Below are positions 45,569 to 55,721 of a stretch of 64,000 nucleotides of DNA, piece by piece (position 1 is the stretch's first letter; every line of letters begins with the position of its first letter). The translations under genes were made by a program, and so were the position numbers. The notes beneath the pieces are model-generated. The model was not told where the DNA came from, ran no database searches, and saw only the letters and a program-made list of their open reading frames with translations. The stretch is from a virus: positions 3,696-67,695 of the IMG/VR virus record IMGVR_UViG_3300024999_000093. The stretch is one strand, 5' to 3'.

Positions 45569-46198
45569 TCATTTTACCATCTTCTTAATCTTTGAATGGT
45601 CTTTTTCGTCTTTAAACTCAATCGGCAATACTGGTTGCCATTCAACGTTCCTAAACACTCCATGTTCGGCAGTATCCTTGAGTGTCTTACCAAATATGGA
45701 TAAGTTACTGTTTATCATGTATTTATTAGGAGTCCTATCTCCTGTCTTAACAATGGCAATCAACCCAGCCTTATTCAGAGATGCCAAGTATCCGGATAAA
45801 TGCTTTCTGTCACATTGAAGCAAGGTTGCCAATGTAGACTCATTAAGAACCTGCCTAGTATCAGGATGAACTAAAATATTAGAACGCCAATCAGTAAATC
45901 CAATCAGCGACATTAATACTCCACGCTCACCGAATGATAACTTCTTATTCCTAACCAAGTCATTCCAGTTATCCCTAAAGACACAAATGAAATCAGGATT
46001 AGTTGGAGAATTACCTTTTTTCTTCTTCTCAGTTGGTGGCTTAAAGGGTTTCACCTTATGAACCATGACTTTTTCATCTCTCTGGCTCCATATATCCTTT
46101 GTTCTATATTGAGTGTAGAGAACATCACCTGTCGCAACCTCCATTATTATTCTTGTGTTATCGTCGACAGGAACTATCCTGAATCTATCATCATCCAA
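45569..46198 (-). CDS. RepL-like (Firmicute plasmid replication/maintenance) wHTH protein
   Basis: LSFGERGVLMSL...NILV...LATLLQCDRKHLSGYLASLNKAGLI...YMINSNL. Confidence 0.6.
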   Translation of the reverse strand: MDDDRFRIVPVDDNTRIIMEVATGDVLYTQYRTKDIWSQRDEKVMVHKVKPFKPPTEKKKKGNSPTNPDFICVFRDNWNDLVRNKKLSFGERGVLMSLIGFTDWRSNILVHPDTRQVLNESTLATLLQCDRKHLSGYLASLNKAGLIAIVKTGDRTPNKYMINSNLSIFGKTLKDTAEHGVFRNVEWQPVLPIEFKDEKDHSKIKKMVK

Positions 46199-46970
46199 TG
46201 GGCATCAACTCCTTTATAAAATATTTTTTATAATAAAAAGAGTACCCTTGACTTGAGGGTACTTGGTGGTTTCAATGGTATGGGGGGGTGGTTATTTATT
46301 TAATCCTTCGTACATGGATTTATATTCGAGTAGGGAGTCGTATTCCTTGCGAGTTATAACAACCCTTTCTAGTCCATCACCATGACAATCGGAACATTCA
46401 CAATTACGACCGATGATTCTTAATGGATAATGCCCAACCCCATCGCATGATTTACATTTATGTTCATCCTTAATGAGTGCCAACTCCTTTATGTGAATTG
46501 CTATAGTTATTGATAGAGACTATCTTTTCTTATACCAGTAATCTACATACAGATGCACCCTTTACCGCTCCTGCACCTCGTGGTATGGGGTACACCCAAA
46601 TCTCAATAATCCCAACTCAACACCTGGTCCCAGCACAGCCCGGCAGACGCACAGCACCAACAGCACAGCCAATACCAGCAGAGCAAGCGCAGCCGGGAGC
46701 AACAGCAACAGCTATAGACCACCACCAAGCGCAGCGAAGATGAGCAGATAGCTCTCTATATCATACTTATCCTTATCTACCTTACGCTTAGCCAATGCGA
46801 TCACATCCCTATTAACTATATTACTATATAATAATGTTACTCATTCCTGTTGTGTCACATTCGCTTAAACCCTACATCCTTACTCTCCCAACGGTTTCAG
46901 CGATTATGCTAATACCACTACTACCGAATGATGCAATTCAAGGCATAAAATCCACCACTCACGGACATTA

Positions 46971-47477
46971 TCACTCATCACCCGGCGTTATATCCACTAC
47001 CTCCGGCAATGCTGCACGCTCGTATATCTCTAGGATAGCCCTTAGATCCTGCTCGGACATTGATGCTATTGTATTGATTTGGAGAGGGCCACCGTTAGGG
47101 CCTGTGTTCTCGACAGTAGAGACATCCTTCCAGCCATAGTTCTTCAGGGCGAATATAGCACCAGTGGGATTATTGCCGAACAGCCGGGACTCTGCATAAT
47201 TCTCGCATCTTTGCTTCAGGTCTTTTAACAGTGGAGAAAACTCTTCTTTATCTGTATCATGCACACCATTCTCATACTCATAGAATGTGTTCCTAATAAT
47301 TCCCAACTCAATACATAACCCAGTAAACGTCAGATGCTTTTCAGCTTCCAATGTTTCTTCGATATACTTCAACCCTTTTTCATACGCTTCTTTGGCAGAT
47401 TTCAGCTTTCTAGGTCTGCCACCACCGGGATTCCCTAACGCATATTGATTCCCTACCGCAGCAGCCATCATAATCAC
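46971..47477 (-). CDS. terS: terminase small subunit (P22 gp3-like)
   Basis: GNQYALGNPGGGRPRK...LTFTGLCIELGI...GAIFALKNYGWKD...TGPNGGPLQ. Confidence 0.85.
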   Translation of the reverse strand: MIMMAAAVGNQYALGNPGGGRPRKLKSAKEAYEKGLKYIEETLEAEKHLTFTGLCIELGIIRNTFYEYENGVHDTDKEEFSPLLKDLKQRCENYAESRLFGNNPTGAIFALKNYGWKDVSTVENTGPNGGPLQINTIASMSEQDLRAILEIYERAALPEVVDITPGDE

Positions 47478-47481
47478 CTCT

Positions 47482-47700
47482 CTACTTCTTCTTGTTCCGC
47501 TTCTTCAATATCAACAATGCCTCATCGAATTTATCGGTCAATACATTTTCCTTACACCATATTTCAAACGACAAAAACTCCGATATATCTAAACTATCTA
47601 TCATAGTTGCCCATGCTTCTTCAACCTTATTTGCCTCCATAGCTATCATTTGAGCCTTCATATCAACATACTCTTTGCTTTCATAATCATTGTCCATCAT
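47482..47700 (-). CDS. hypothetical protein
   Basis: first ORF of late operon, GGAGG RBS. Confidence 0.45.
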   Translation of the reverse strand: MMDNDYESKEYVDMKAQMIAMEANKVEEAWATMIDSLDISEFLSFEIWCKENVLTDKFDEALLILKKRNKKK

Positions 47701-47858
47701 CAGCTATTCCTCCTTAATATCATCGCACAACGTCCGCAATCAATTCTAAGCCCACTAATAATCAATCAGGTACAATCATACCGAATCAATTATTACTGCC
47801 CTCAGAATACTTTCCTTCTATAAACACAAATCAATTCTAAATAAACTTGAAATACCAT

Positions 47859-47887
47859 TTGACATTCATCCTTGAATCGACTATACT
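47859..47887 (+). promoter_or_regulatory. strong sigmaA promoter
   Basis: TTGACA-N17-TATACT. Confidence 0.75.
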
Positions 47888-47922
47888 AAATTCAAGAACT
47901 AAAACACGAGGGGGAAACAACA

Positions 47923-48555
47923 ATGATGTATGAAGAATTCCAAGCACTCACAAATCTTCCTGTATCCTACGAGGAATACACCAACGCTATCGAACCCAAA
48001 TACATGAGCAGCAAACTTGACAAGCAAGCATTTTGCAAACGATACGCTAATAGCCAAACCAAAAAACCTCTTGCAAGAGAACTAAAGGAAATCAAGGATG
48101 CTATTAAGGATTTTAAAGGCGATCGAAGTTTTGCTAAAAGAGAAGAGAACAAAAAGATCGCAGAACATAAGGAGAAGTTAAAAGAATACGACTCAAGCCA
48201 GTGGTATCACAGAAATCTTATTAATACCTTAGAATATAGACTGCAATCAGACATCTGCAAATTATACGAAATGTATGGCAATGACGCTACCATCCAAATT
48301 ATCTACACTGACGGCACTGAATGCAACGCAACCGGAACAGAAATTGTATCAGGGGAAATTACACCTAAACTGCAACAAATCGCTTATGCAAGCTACCAAG
48401 ACGGATACACAATCTATGATACCTTATCGGGTAATATGGATGATAAATGGGATATAGAAATAGAGGGAGAAAAAGAAATTGATTGGGATGCAAGGGAAGA
48501 ATACTTTGACAATGTAGAAAGAATCTTTAAAACAAAATGGGGAATGAATCATTAA
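47923..48555 (+). CDS. hypothetical early protein
   Basis: 210 aa; IEPKYMSSKLDKQAFCK motif. Confidence 0.6.
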   Translation: MMYEEFQALTNLPVSYEEYTNAIEPKYMSSKLDKQAFCKRYANSQTKKPLARELKEIKDAIKDFKGDRSFAKREENKKIAEHKEKLKEYDSSQWYHRNLINTLEYRLQSDICKLYEMYGNDATIQIIYTDGTECNATGTEIVSGEITPKLQQIAYASYQDGYTIYDTLSGNMDDKWDIEIEGEKEIDWDAREEYFDNVERIFKTKWGMNH

Positions 48556-48601
48556 CAACCACAAGCGAGCTGGCGCATCCAGCGTTAAGGAGGAAAACAA
48601 C

Positions 48602-48748
48602 ATGCCAGCAACCAAACCCCAACACGGTGGTAAACGCACCGGAGCTGGCCGCAAACCATCCGGCAGGAAATCACAATCTATCTACGTCACTGACTCAGAA
48701 CATGAACAAATCAAGGCATTAATAGCAAGACTAAGGATCACTAAATAG
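48602..48748 (+). CDS. small DNA-binding protein with GGKRTGAGRK (AT-hook-like) motif
   Basis: Manual translation MPATKPQHGGKRTGAGRKPSGRKSQSIYVTDSEHEQIKALIARLRITK; AAGGAGG RBS. Confidence 0.65.
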   Translation: MPATKPQHGGKRTGAGRKPSGRKSQSIYVTDSEHEQIKALIARLRITK

Positions 48749-48766
48749 GTGATCCTTTTCTATTCC

Positions 48767-48795
48767 TTGACATACTAGCTAACTAGCTATATACT
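48767..48795 (+). promoter_or_regulatory. strong sigmaA promoter with CTAGCTA repeats in spacer
   Basis: TTGACA-N17-TATACT; CTAGCTA twice (operator-like). Confidence 0.7.
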
Positions 48796-49086
48796 ATGGA
48801 TAAGATCAACAAATGAAAGAAGGAATTGCAAATGATGAGAAAATTTATGAGCTTGGTTGAATTGGAGGAAATGGGTTACACAATCTTGGACGAAAACAAC
48901 ATCCCCTCAATAGAGGATCATCTCGCCAAAGAAATTGACCTTTTCGTTACGGATGACCTAAGAATCGAAAGTGAAGCAGGAATTTACTTGGCCGAAGTTT
49001 CCTACGAAGAAAGATAATATCAAGAGGGACTTTCTTCCCTCGCTCGCGGATCTCAAACATGTTGAGGTATACGAGCGAATGAAGAA

Positions 49087-49728
49087 ATGAAAGAAGGAAT
49101 ACACATGCAAGCAATTAAAAACCCAACCCCAATCCAATACCCTACATCCTTTGGACCATGGACACTAAAGCAAAATGTCCAAATTGCGGAACTCCCGGGA
49201 ACATGGACCATCGACAGTATTGCAATCTTTGACTTCCAAGGTCCTCACGAGTTCGAGCAGGTAAACCTAACTAAAATGAAAAAAGACGGAACGCGCGCCA
49301 AGTTCACCGCTACTGTAAGAGCAGAGAAGTTACTCGCATTAGGAGCAAAGCAACCCAGCCTAGATAAACACGGACGCACAGCATTAGAAGCAGCGCAAAC
49401 CATCTTTGCTTCTGGATTCGCCAAACATGGCTACTGTAGAACAGACCGCGAAACCCTCTTAAAGGTAATCTCAATCAGCAAGTCAGGACGCATCAAAGCC
49501 CAACGCATGAACATAACAGCCGGATTAACCACATGCTCCCAAATGGTAGAAGGTCAAAAGATTTACAGCCAAGAGGAAAAACTCGTCAACCTCGCATCCC
49601 TTGAATATGAGCTAAGAGGAGAACCGGAAACCTACTCTGCCAGTCTAAGTAATTCAGAGTGGATCTTTAGTAGAGAGAGTGATTACATCGAAGCCCCAAC
49701 AATGTGCTTAACATGGTTGAACGACTAA
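49087..49728 (+). CDS. hypothetical early protein
   Basis: 213 aa ORF. Confidence 0.55.
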   Translation: MKEGIHMQAIKNPTPIQYPTSFGPWTLKQNVQIAELPGTWTIDSIAIFDFQGPHEFEQVNLTKMKKDGTRAKFTATVRAEKLLALGAKQPSLDKHGRTALEAAQTIFASGFAKHGYCRTDRETLLKVISISKSGRIKAQRMNITAGLTTCSQMVEGQKIYSQEEKLVNLASLEYELRGEPETYSASLSNSEWIFSRESDYIEAPTMCLTWLND

Positions 49729-49781
49729 TACCACAAGGCTAGCAGGGAGCCATATACCCTGCAAGGAAAGAAGGTAATCGA

Positions 49782-50033
49782 ATGAATTTTCAAGAATCCA
49801 ATGCTAACCTCGACGAACTCATTAAGTTCTACTTACCCCAGGATTCCACTGTTACCAGCGTAAACCTAACCGAGCGTTTCGGAAGTCTGTTCGCTGAAGT
49901 CCACCACACCGTAACCGATGCCCACAAGGAAGAGTATAACCTCAGCTATAGCAACCGAATTCTCTCTATCAGGCTCATAAAGGGGGAAGATGACAAAGGG
50001 GCACCAATTAGTAGTTTCGCAGATAATAACTAA
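49782..50033 (+). CDS. hypothetical early protein
   Basis: 83 aa ORF after pseudoknot + RBS. Confidence 0.55.
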   Translation: MNFQESNANLDELIKFYLPQDSTVTSVNLTERFGSLFAEVHHTVTDAHKEEYNLSYSNRILSIRLIKGEDDKGAPISSFADNN

Positions 50034-50079
50034 GCACAAGGTCAGCCGGGGACCGATACCCGGCGAAGGAGGAAAACAC

Positions 50080-50373
50080 ATGAAAATATTAGAAAAAGGA
50101 ATTATGCCAAATGGGACTAAAATTCAAATCGAGGAATGGAATGAGAATTATAGTTTCATGCCGTACGGCAGAACGCTTGCAAGTTATCCCAAATCCAAGG
50201 TCAGTCATAAAGGACCATTTTCTCCAAAGGGTAATGTAGTCTTTAGATGTGAATTTGATTTTAAATCACACGAAGAAGCCAAGGAAGCATTCAATGAGTT
50301 ATTAGCAGGAACGAAAGAATTAGTAGACTTTAAGGAAAATCTTTATTATCCGAAATATGCTGATTGTATCTAG
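50080..50373 (+). CDS. hypothetical early protein
   Basis: start reassigned to ATG 50080 after AAGGAGG. Confidence 0.6.
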   Translation: MKILEKGIMPNGTKIQIEEWNENYSFMPYGRTLASYPKSKVSHKGPFSPKGNVVFRCEFDFKSHEEAKEAFNELLAGTKELVDFKENLYYPKYADCI

Positions 50374-50424
50374 TGACTCCAAGGCCAGCCCGGAGCTAAT
50401 GCCGGGCAATAAGGAGGAAACCCC

Positions 50425-50565
50425 ATGCAAGTAGTCCTAAACACTAAAATATCCCTCGAACTACGCCAACAACTCGACACTCACTCGAAGGAATCGGGTA
50501 AGGCAATGGCTAAGATAGTGGCTGAAGCACTCGAACTATACTTTGCAAAGGAGGCCACCAAATGA
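50425..50565 (+). CDS. ribbon-helix-helix protein
   Basis: Manual translation MQVVLNTKISLELRQQLDTHSKESGKAMAKIVAEALELYFAKEATK. Confidence 0.7.
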   Translation: MQVVLNTKISLELRQQLDTHSKESGKAMAKIVAEALELYFAKEATK

Positions 50566-50843
50566 CCAACTACAAACTCGTAATGGAGATCATATCCCTC
50601 GCCATCCTAATAAACGAAAACACCGAGCTATGCACATTTGTTGACTTCTCCGGCCATGTCAAGACGATTGATGTCAGAATTTTCCCCTCTAAATCAGAAG
50701 AACATACGCAAGGAGAAAAACTCTACTCGGCTAGTTCGTACTACGAAGAAGAATCATGGATGGAAGAGGGTTCCGCATTAGCCAATCTCCAAGCCATCAA
50801 AGAAGTTTTATCAGGCTATCTGTTCGACATTAAGGAGTCCTAG
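50562..50843 (+). CDS. hypothetical protein
   Basis: FVDFSGHV motif; followed by terminator. Confidence 0.55.
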   Translation: MTNYKLVMEIISLAILINENTELCTFVDFSGHVKTIDVRIFPSKSEEHTQGEKLYSASSYYEEESWMEEGSALANLQAIKEVLSGYLFDIKES

Positions 50844-51171
50844 AAATAGGGCTCCTTCTCTTTTTTATGGATTAATCCAAACCCCTTTATTGCTCCTCAT
50901 CGCCCGGTCAATAGATATAAACCCTTTCGTATCTGCAAACTCAACAAACCTCACGCAATTCTTCGGAGGCTTATCCTTATCGGGACACCGCTTCTGCCTA
51001 GAGCATAATTTGCAATCCACAATAAGTTACACCTCCAAATTAGAAAAGGCGCGCAAGCTATAATTAAGCCATGCGCGCCTTATTTTGTAAGTTATTCTGT
51101 CACTTAGAGTTTATCATGGTAATCCATACTATTGCAATGGTTTTAGTACGGATAGTTGTTTGATGTTTGTA

Positions 51172-51828
51172 CTATTCGGTAATATTAACTTGTAATCCTC
51201 TATGGTAGTCAATCCAATCTTGTCCTTCAAGTTTCTTCTTCACGACAATATCAAAATACTCATTTCTCATTTCCTGTAATCCGAATCGCTCAACCCCTCT
51301 CTTTTTAAAATTCTTATTAACCATCTTGATTATTTCAGGCTTATTCATAGGATAAAGCTTAGTCAGTCTGTCTTTTTCTGCTTTAACCTCTTCCTCTAAT
51401 CTAATCCTTTCAACTTCAGCGTTCTTCCTATCCTCTTCCTCTTTATCCACAACGCTATCAAGGTCAATATCTAACTTATCCCATTTGTTTTCTACGTGAG
51501 CTGGAATGATCTGTTCGGGTATCGTAATTTCTTTAATCTCAAACATTTCATATGGTTCATAACTATAATCATAATCCGAGAAGTATGATCCAGATCTAGA
51601 AACAGAACGAGTTACGCCAAACGGAAATAATTGAACTTCCTTATATTTTTCGTCCATTTCCATCAACTGACCTTCATCATATTTATACTGGTATTTACCT
51701 TGATCATCCCAATTACCATCTCCAACATCTTTGAAACCATAAATCTTACCGTCTCCCTTGAAGCTGAAGTCCTCTAAGTCGGATTCACCTAACTTTTTTA
51801 CTATTAACGAAAATAACTCTATATTCAT
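51172..51828 (-). CDS. hypothetical phage protein
   Basis: WDDQGKYQY...SRSGSYFSDYDY motif. Confidence 0.55.
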   Translation of the reverse strand: MNIELFSLIVKKLGESDLEDFSFKGDGKIYGFKDVGDGNWDDQGKYQYKYDEGQLMEMDEKYKEVQLFPFGVTRSVSRSGSYFSDYDYSYEPYEMFEIKEITIPEQIIPAHVENKWDKLDIDLDSVVDKEEEDRKNAEVERIRLEEEVKAEKDRLTKLYPMNKPEIIKMVNKNFKKRGVERFGLQEMRNEYFDIVVKKKLEGQDWIDYHRGLQVNITE

Positions 51829-51831
51829 AAT

Positions 51832-52287
51832 TTATTCCCCTTTCTTTTCCCCCATCATCCTAGATAATTCTTCCACAGCCTCGTCTTTCAACCGATAGTA
51901 ACTATCCCGGCTCCTTAGCCCATGATTCTTCTTCAGCACAAATTGCACATAGGCCTCTTTGTTATCATTAAGATATCTCTCTGTAATTATTAACCCCTTA
52001 ACCTCCGACAACATCCCAACTGCTAAATCAATCAGCTCAACCTCATTTTGAGCCTGTATAAGCTCTCTCCGCTTATCCCCTACCTTAGATGCCATATCCC
52101 CTGTTGAATCGCTTGTACCACTACCATGCGGCATGTCCGTACACACCTGCGTTGTCTTCACGCCCATCATGGCAAGCTCTTTCTCAATATACACTATGCG
52201 GTCACAGTTTGGCTTATAGCGCGTTAGACGGCTGATCACGGCATAATGGTATGGAGGATGTCTGAGCTTCTTTTCTGTTTGTTGCAA
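51832..52287 (-). CDS. ArpU/RinA-like late transcriptional activator
   Basis: IDLAVGMLSE...IITERYL...SRDSYYRLKDEAVEEL; located before late operon. Confidence 0.7.
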   Translation of the reverse strand: MQQTEKKLRHPPYHYAVISRLTRYKPNCDRIVYIEKELAMMGVKTTQVCTDMPHGSGTSDSTGDMASKVGDKRRELIQAQNEVELIDLAVGMLSEVKGLIITERYLNDNKEAYVQFVLKKNHGLRSRDSYYRLKDEAVEELSRMMGEKKGE

Positions 52288-52469
52288 GGCTTAACCCTCC
52301 CTGTCCTGCTTAACTCTTTTATATTTCCTACAATGAAGTCCTTCTAGGAATCCAGTACCAGGTTCAAGCGGACATTCCTTTCCATTCCAAACAAACTTAC
52401 ACGTGTTACATCTGCGATTCTTCCAATACCACTTTTTAATTCTCTTGATTAATCCCATTTATTACCCCC

Positions 52470-52871
52470 CTACCCCAAACTCTTAATATCAAACACAATA
52501 CCACAGCAAAACTTCTCTCCATCTTCCATAATAATAAATGTGGCGTGAGGAATATTAGTTTCATATGTCCAAGCAAATTCTCCCACATCGTGCCAAACAG
52601 CCTCGATTGTTTTGCATTTTTCCTTCGCTAACACCGAACGAGAACACCTGCACTCACATTCCTCAAAGATTCCCTTTTCATCGAGATGGATTGTTTTGCT
52701 ACCGTAACGACCAACCTCTTCGTCAATTGCTCCTCTAAATTCAGCATTATCGTCCGAGTAGCCATAGACGAATATAAAACCCAATCCCTTAGCTAGTTCT
52801 TCCTGTTCTTCGGTGTATTCATGACCCATTTCCCGGCCATCCAGCATCTTCGCAAATTCCTGTATTGTCAT
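52470..52871 (-). CDS. conserved phage protein
   Basis: VYGYSDDNAEFRGAIDEE...WTYETNIPHATF.IMEDGEKFCCGIVF. Confidence 0.6.
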   Translation of the reverse strand: MTIQEFAKMLDGREMGHEYTEEQEELAKGLGFIFVYGYSDDNAEFRGAIDEEVGRYGSKTIHLDEKGIFEECECRCSRSVLAKEKCKTIEAVWHDVGEFAWTYETNIPHATFIIMEDGEKFCCGIVFDIKSLG

Positions 52872-53031
52872 TGTTTTATCCCCTTTCTTCTATCTATTTT
52901 CTATCAACCAAATCCACATCAATCCGCCGGCGATATTTAATCCTGCGCTTGCGTATTGCCCAATTACGATACCACCCACCGCAAATACACCGTTTATCGC
53001 AACAATAGTCCATCCTACTATTTTTTGGTCT

Positions 53032-53559
53032 TTAACAATCCGCTTTAGGCGTAGTTTTAGATTCATCGTTTTCCTCCTGTTTTAACTCCAAACCCAACCC
53101 CTTCAACTTCTCCACAATCTCCTCAATACACCTCCTGCCCATATTCCTAACGTGGAATAAATCATCCTCTGACATCTTTACCAAATTACCAACGCAGTTA
53201 ATTCCCGCACGCTTCAGACAATTATAAGTCCGAACTGATACGTCTAGTTCCTCAAGGGTTTTGTCGAGTGAATCATTAGATTCTCCTTCCTCCCCTGCTC
53301 GTTTATCGGCCACACATTTAGCAAATCTTTCGAGTGCCTTAACCAACGATTCAACTCCTCCTTTGTTCGCGAATAGGATGTTTATCTGCTTAACCTCATC
53401 CTTTATGTCATCCGTTCCCAACTCTGAGTTTATTTCGTGTTTTCTGTTTAATTGCTGAATAGATATTCCGTACGGAATGCCATCCCCTACCGAAACGCCT
53501 AGCGCAATATCACCTTCTCCAAGTACAACTGTTATCTGTTTATCATTTTCGTAAATCAT
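53032..53559 (-). CDS. protein with C-terminal RNA polymerase alphaCTD-like domain
   Basis: [20 protein letters not shown]...[21 protein letters not shown]. Confidence 0.85.
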   Translation of the reverse strand: MIYENDKQITVVLGEGDIALGVSVGDGIPYGISIQQLNRKHEINSELGTDDIKDEVKQINILFANKGGVESLVKALERFAKCVADKRAGEEGESNDSLDKTLEELDVSVRTYNCLKRAGINCVGNLVKMSEDDLFHVRNMGRRCIEEIVEKLKGLGLELKQEENDESKTTPKADC

Positions 53560-53814
53560 CTATTTCCCATCCTTCCTCAACGATAGCCCCATATCCTCCA
53601 ACTTATCACTGACTTCCTGACAGGTCATTCTCACGACATTCCTGTGCCCCATAAGCTCTTTCCACGACAACTTAGTCAAATCGCCAGAAACCTCTATCCC
53701 AGCTCTTCTCAAAGTGTGATATGTCCGAGCTGTAAACCCCATGTCAGCAAGTTTTACCGTTAAATCCGTGTTGTATCGCTTGTCTAGTTTTGCGCGAATT
53801 TTATTCATTAACAT
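53560..53814 (-). CDS. stand-alone alphaCTD-like protein
   Basis: LADMGFTARTYHTLRRAGI...HRNV...EVSDKLEDMGLSL. Confidence 0.75.
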   Translation of the reverse strand: MLMNKIRAKLDKRYNTDLTVKLADMGFTARTYHTLRRAGIEVSGDLTKLSWKELMGHRNVVRMTCQEVSDKLEDMGLSLRKDGK

Positions 53815-54149
53815 TTAGCCACCATTTCCTCTCTAATTTCAATGTCCACTCCCAAGGCAAATATAGCTCGACAAACTGCATGGCTTAGGTGCTCATCCTG
53901 TCTATCTCCCGCAAGATAAGCATACGCATGAATTATCATGTGGTTTAAGTGGTCACTTACGGGTATCTTTCGCCAGTTATCTGCTCCGTACTTATCGAAT
54001 CCTTCCTTCAGGACCTTAGCAGTAGCAAACAACGCTTTTGGGTCAATCAGATCAAAGCGATAACCAGAACTAGATTGGCTACCCCCTAATTCATTTTTTT
54101 CTATTGGCGCGTCTTTCCCTACTCCATTAATTACTTTTTGCATTAGCAT
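53808..54149 (-). CDS. dATP/dGTP diphosphohydrolase-like (DUF5664) protein
   Basis: RFDLID...AKVLKEGFDKYGADNWR...HL.H...EHLSHAVCRAIF. Confidence 0.7.
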   Translation of the reverse strand: MLMQKVINGVGKDAPIEKNELGGSQSSSGYRFDLIDPKALFATAKVLKEGFDKYGADNWRKIPVSDHLNHMIIHAYAYLAGDRQDEHLSHAVCRAIFALGVDIEIREEMVAKC

Positions 54150-54389
54150 TTCCCCTCTCTATTTTTCCGGCCTAACCCATACCGCCATCACGCCAAAGTA
54201 GATACTATCTGCGACATTATGAGTTCCCCATAAATACAAACTCGTAAATATGGCAATGGTACTTAGTATTCCGCGTAGTTCATCAATCACCTTTGCCATC
54301 TACCTTCTTCTGATCATCAACCCTCGGTAACGCCAAATACTTTTCATTCAGGATTTGTAGCCATTTTCGTATGGTTTCGATTGTTAAAC

Positions 54390-54938
54390 TCATTCTTTGC
54401 CAGTGCTTCCGAACCCATTGGTTCCGCGCTCACTCTCTACTAGCTCATCTACCTGCACGAACTCGGTCTGTAGATACGGCACTACTACCAGTTGGGCTAT
54501 GCGCTCTTTAGGGTTGATAACGACATAATTCGAGTCGAGAGGATTTAGTACATTCATAGACATTTCCCCCGTAAAGCCACTGTCGATTGTTCCCGTGATA
54601 ACGAGTTTACCCTCTGACGATGCTCCCGAACGTGGTTGTATTAGACCGACATATCCGTGCGGTATGGATATTGCAATTCCTGTCGGTATCTTTACCATAT
54701 GCCCAGAATGAAGCAGTACGGATGAATCTATCCGCGCTCTAAGGTCTGCACCTGCATCGTTTGTGTGCTTGCGGAATGGGAGGAATATAGGGTCCGTGGT
54801 GTTCATTAGTTTGGTAGGGATATTTAACCTTAATACACTTCCCGGTTTCCAATTTGAATAAATACTAATGTCACACTCTACACAAGTTTGGTTATAGTCA
54901 CTATTGCCGAGAATACAACTACTGCATGATTTTTCCAT
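54390..54938 (-). CDS. dut: trimeric dUTPase
   Basis: DAGADL, PRSG, GTIDSGFTGE, RIAQLV, RGTNGFGSTG. Confidence 0.92.
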   Translation of the reverse strand: MEKSCSSCILGNSDYNQTCVECDISIYSNWKPGSVLRLNIPTKLMNTTDPIFLPFRKHTNDAGADLRARIDSSVLLHSGHMVKIPTGIAISIPHGYVGLIQPRSGASSEGKLVITGTIDSGFTGEMSMNVLNPLDSNYVVINPKERIAQLVVVPYLQTEFVQVDELVESERGTNGFGSTGKE

Positions 54939-55021
54939 TATTTCTTTGCCACCTTTTTCACTTTTATTGTTGCGGTTTAATGTAAAGGTCGTGATACGTC
55001 ACACCCACGGCGTAAAAACTA

Positions 55022-55621
55022 CTACACGGAGGATTGCAATTTCTCATAAAAATCAGCTACCATTCTTATTTCACTAGGAGTCGCATTGGTTTTTATCGTA
55101 TTCGCTAAGTTACTAACGATAATTACATTACCCTTTACGTATCCCTTTAGTGGATTAATACGATCTATTGAAGGGCTATTTCTGCACACTTTCCCCTTTC
55201 CTTGTATCAGTGGGATTCCCAATACTGGGCATTTTTCAGGAACTATAATATCTGATTCCTCAATATTAAATTCCAACCCCTTTCTTCTGGCTCTTTCTCT
55301 TGCACTTCTTAATATTTCCTTTGCAATATTTTTCTTCCTACGTTCATGAGATTTAGCCAAGACGCTCTCTTTATTTTCTTGGTAATAATCATTAGAGCGC
55401 TTTAACGATTGTTCCCTTTCGGATAAATAAGTTTCATGTCGGCAATCGTGACATTTGGACTTATAACGATTCTCCGTCTTACTAAAAGTAAATTGGTCAA
55501 GAGGTTTAACGATTCCGCAAGTTGGACATTTCTTAAATGGGTTTTCTCGTCTCATCTTTTCTCTATACCGTGCATTTGCTTCGTTATGCAGTATCATTTT
55601 ATGTTCTTTAGTGACCAACAC
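55022..55621 (-). CDS. HNH-like endonuclease
   Basis: CPTC..CHDC; CPVLG...PSIDRINPLKGYVKGNVIIVSNLANTIK. Confidence 0.75.
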   Translation of the reverse strand: MLVTKEHKMILHNEANARYREKMRRENPFKKCPTCGIVKPLDQFTFSKTENRYKSKCHDCRHETYLSEREQSLKRSNDYYQENKESVLAKSHERRKKNIAKEILRSARERARRKGLEFNIEESDIIVPEKCPVLGIPLIQGKGKVCRNSPSIDRINPLKGYVKGNVIIVSNLANTIKTNATPSEIRMVADFYEKLQSSV

Positions 55622-55721
55622 ATAATCACCCCTTCCGTTATATTATATACGTATTTACGTATATTCTCAAGCGTATTTACTTATATACGTATATGAATTA
55701 CAATACTTTAGAGGTGATTTT

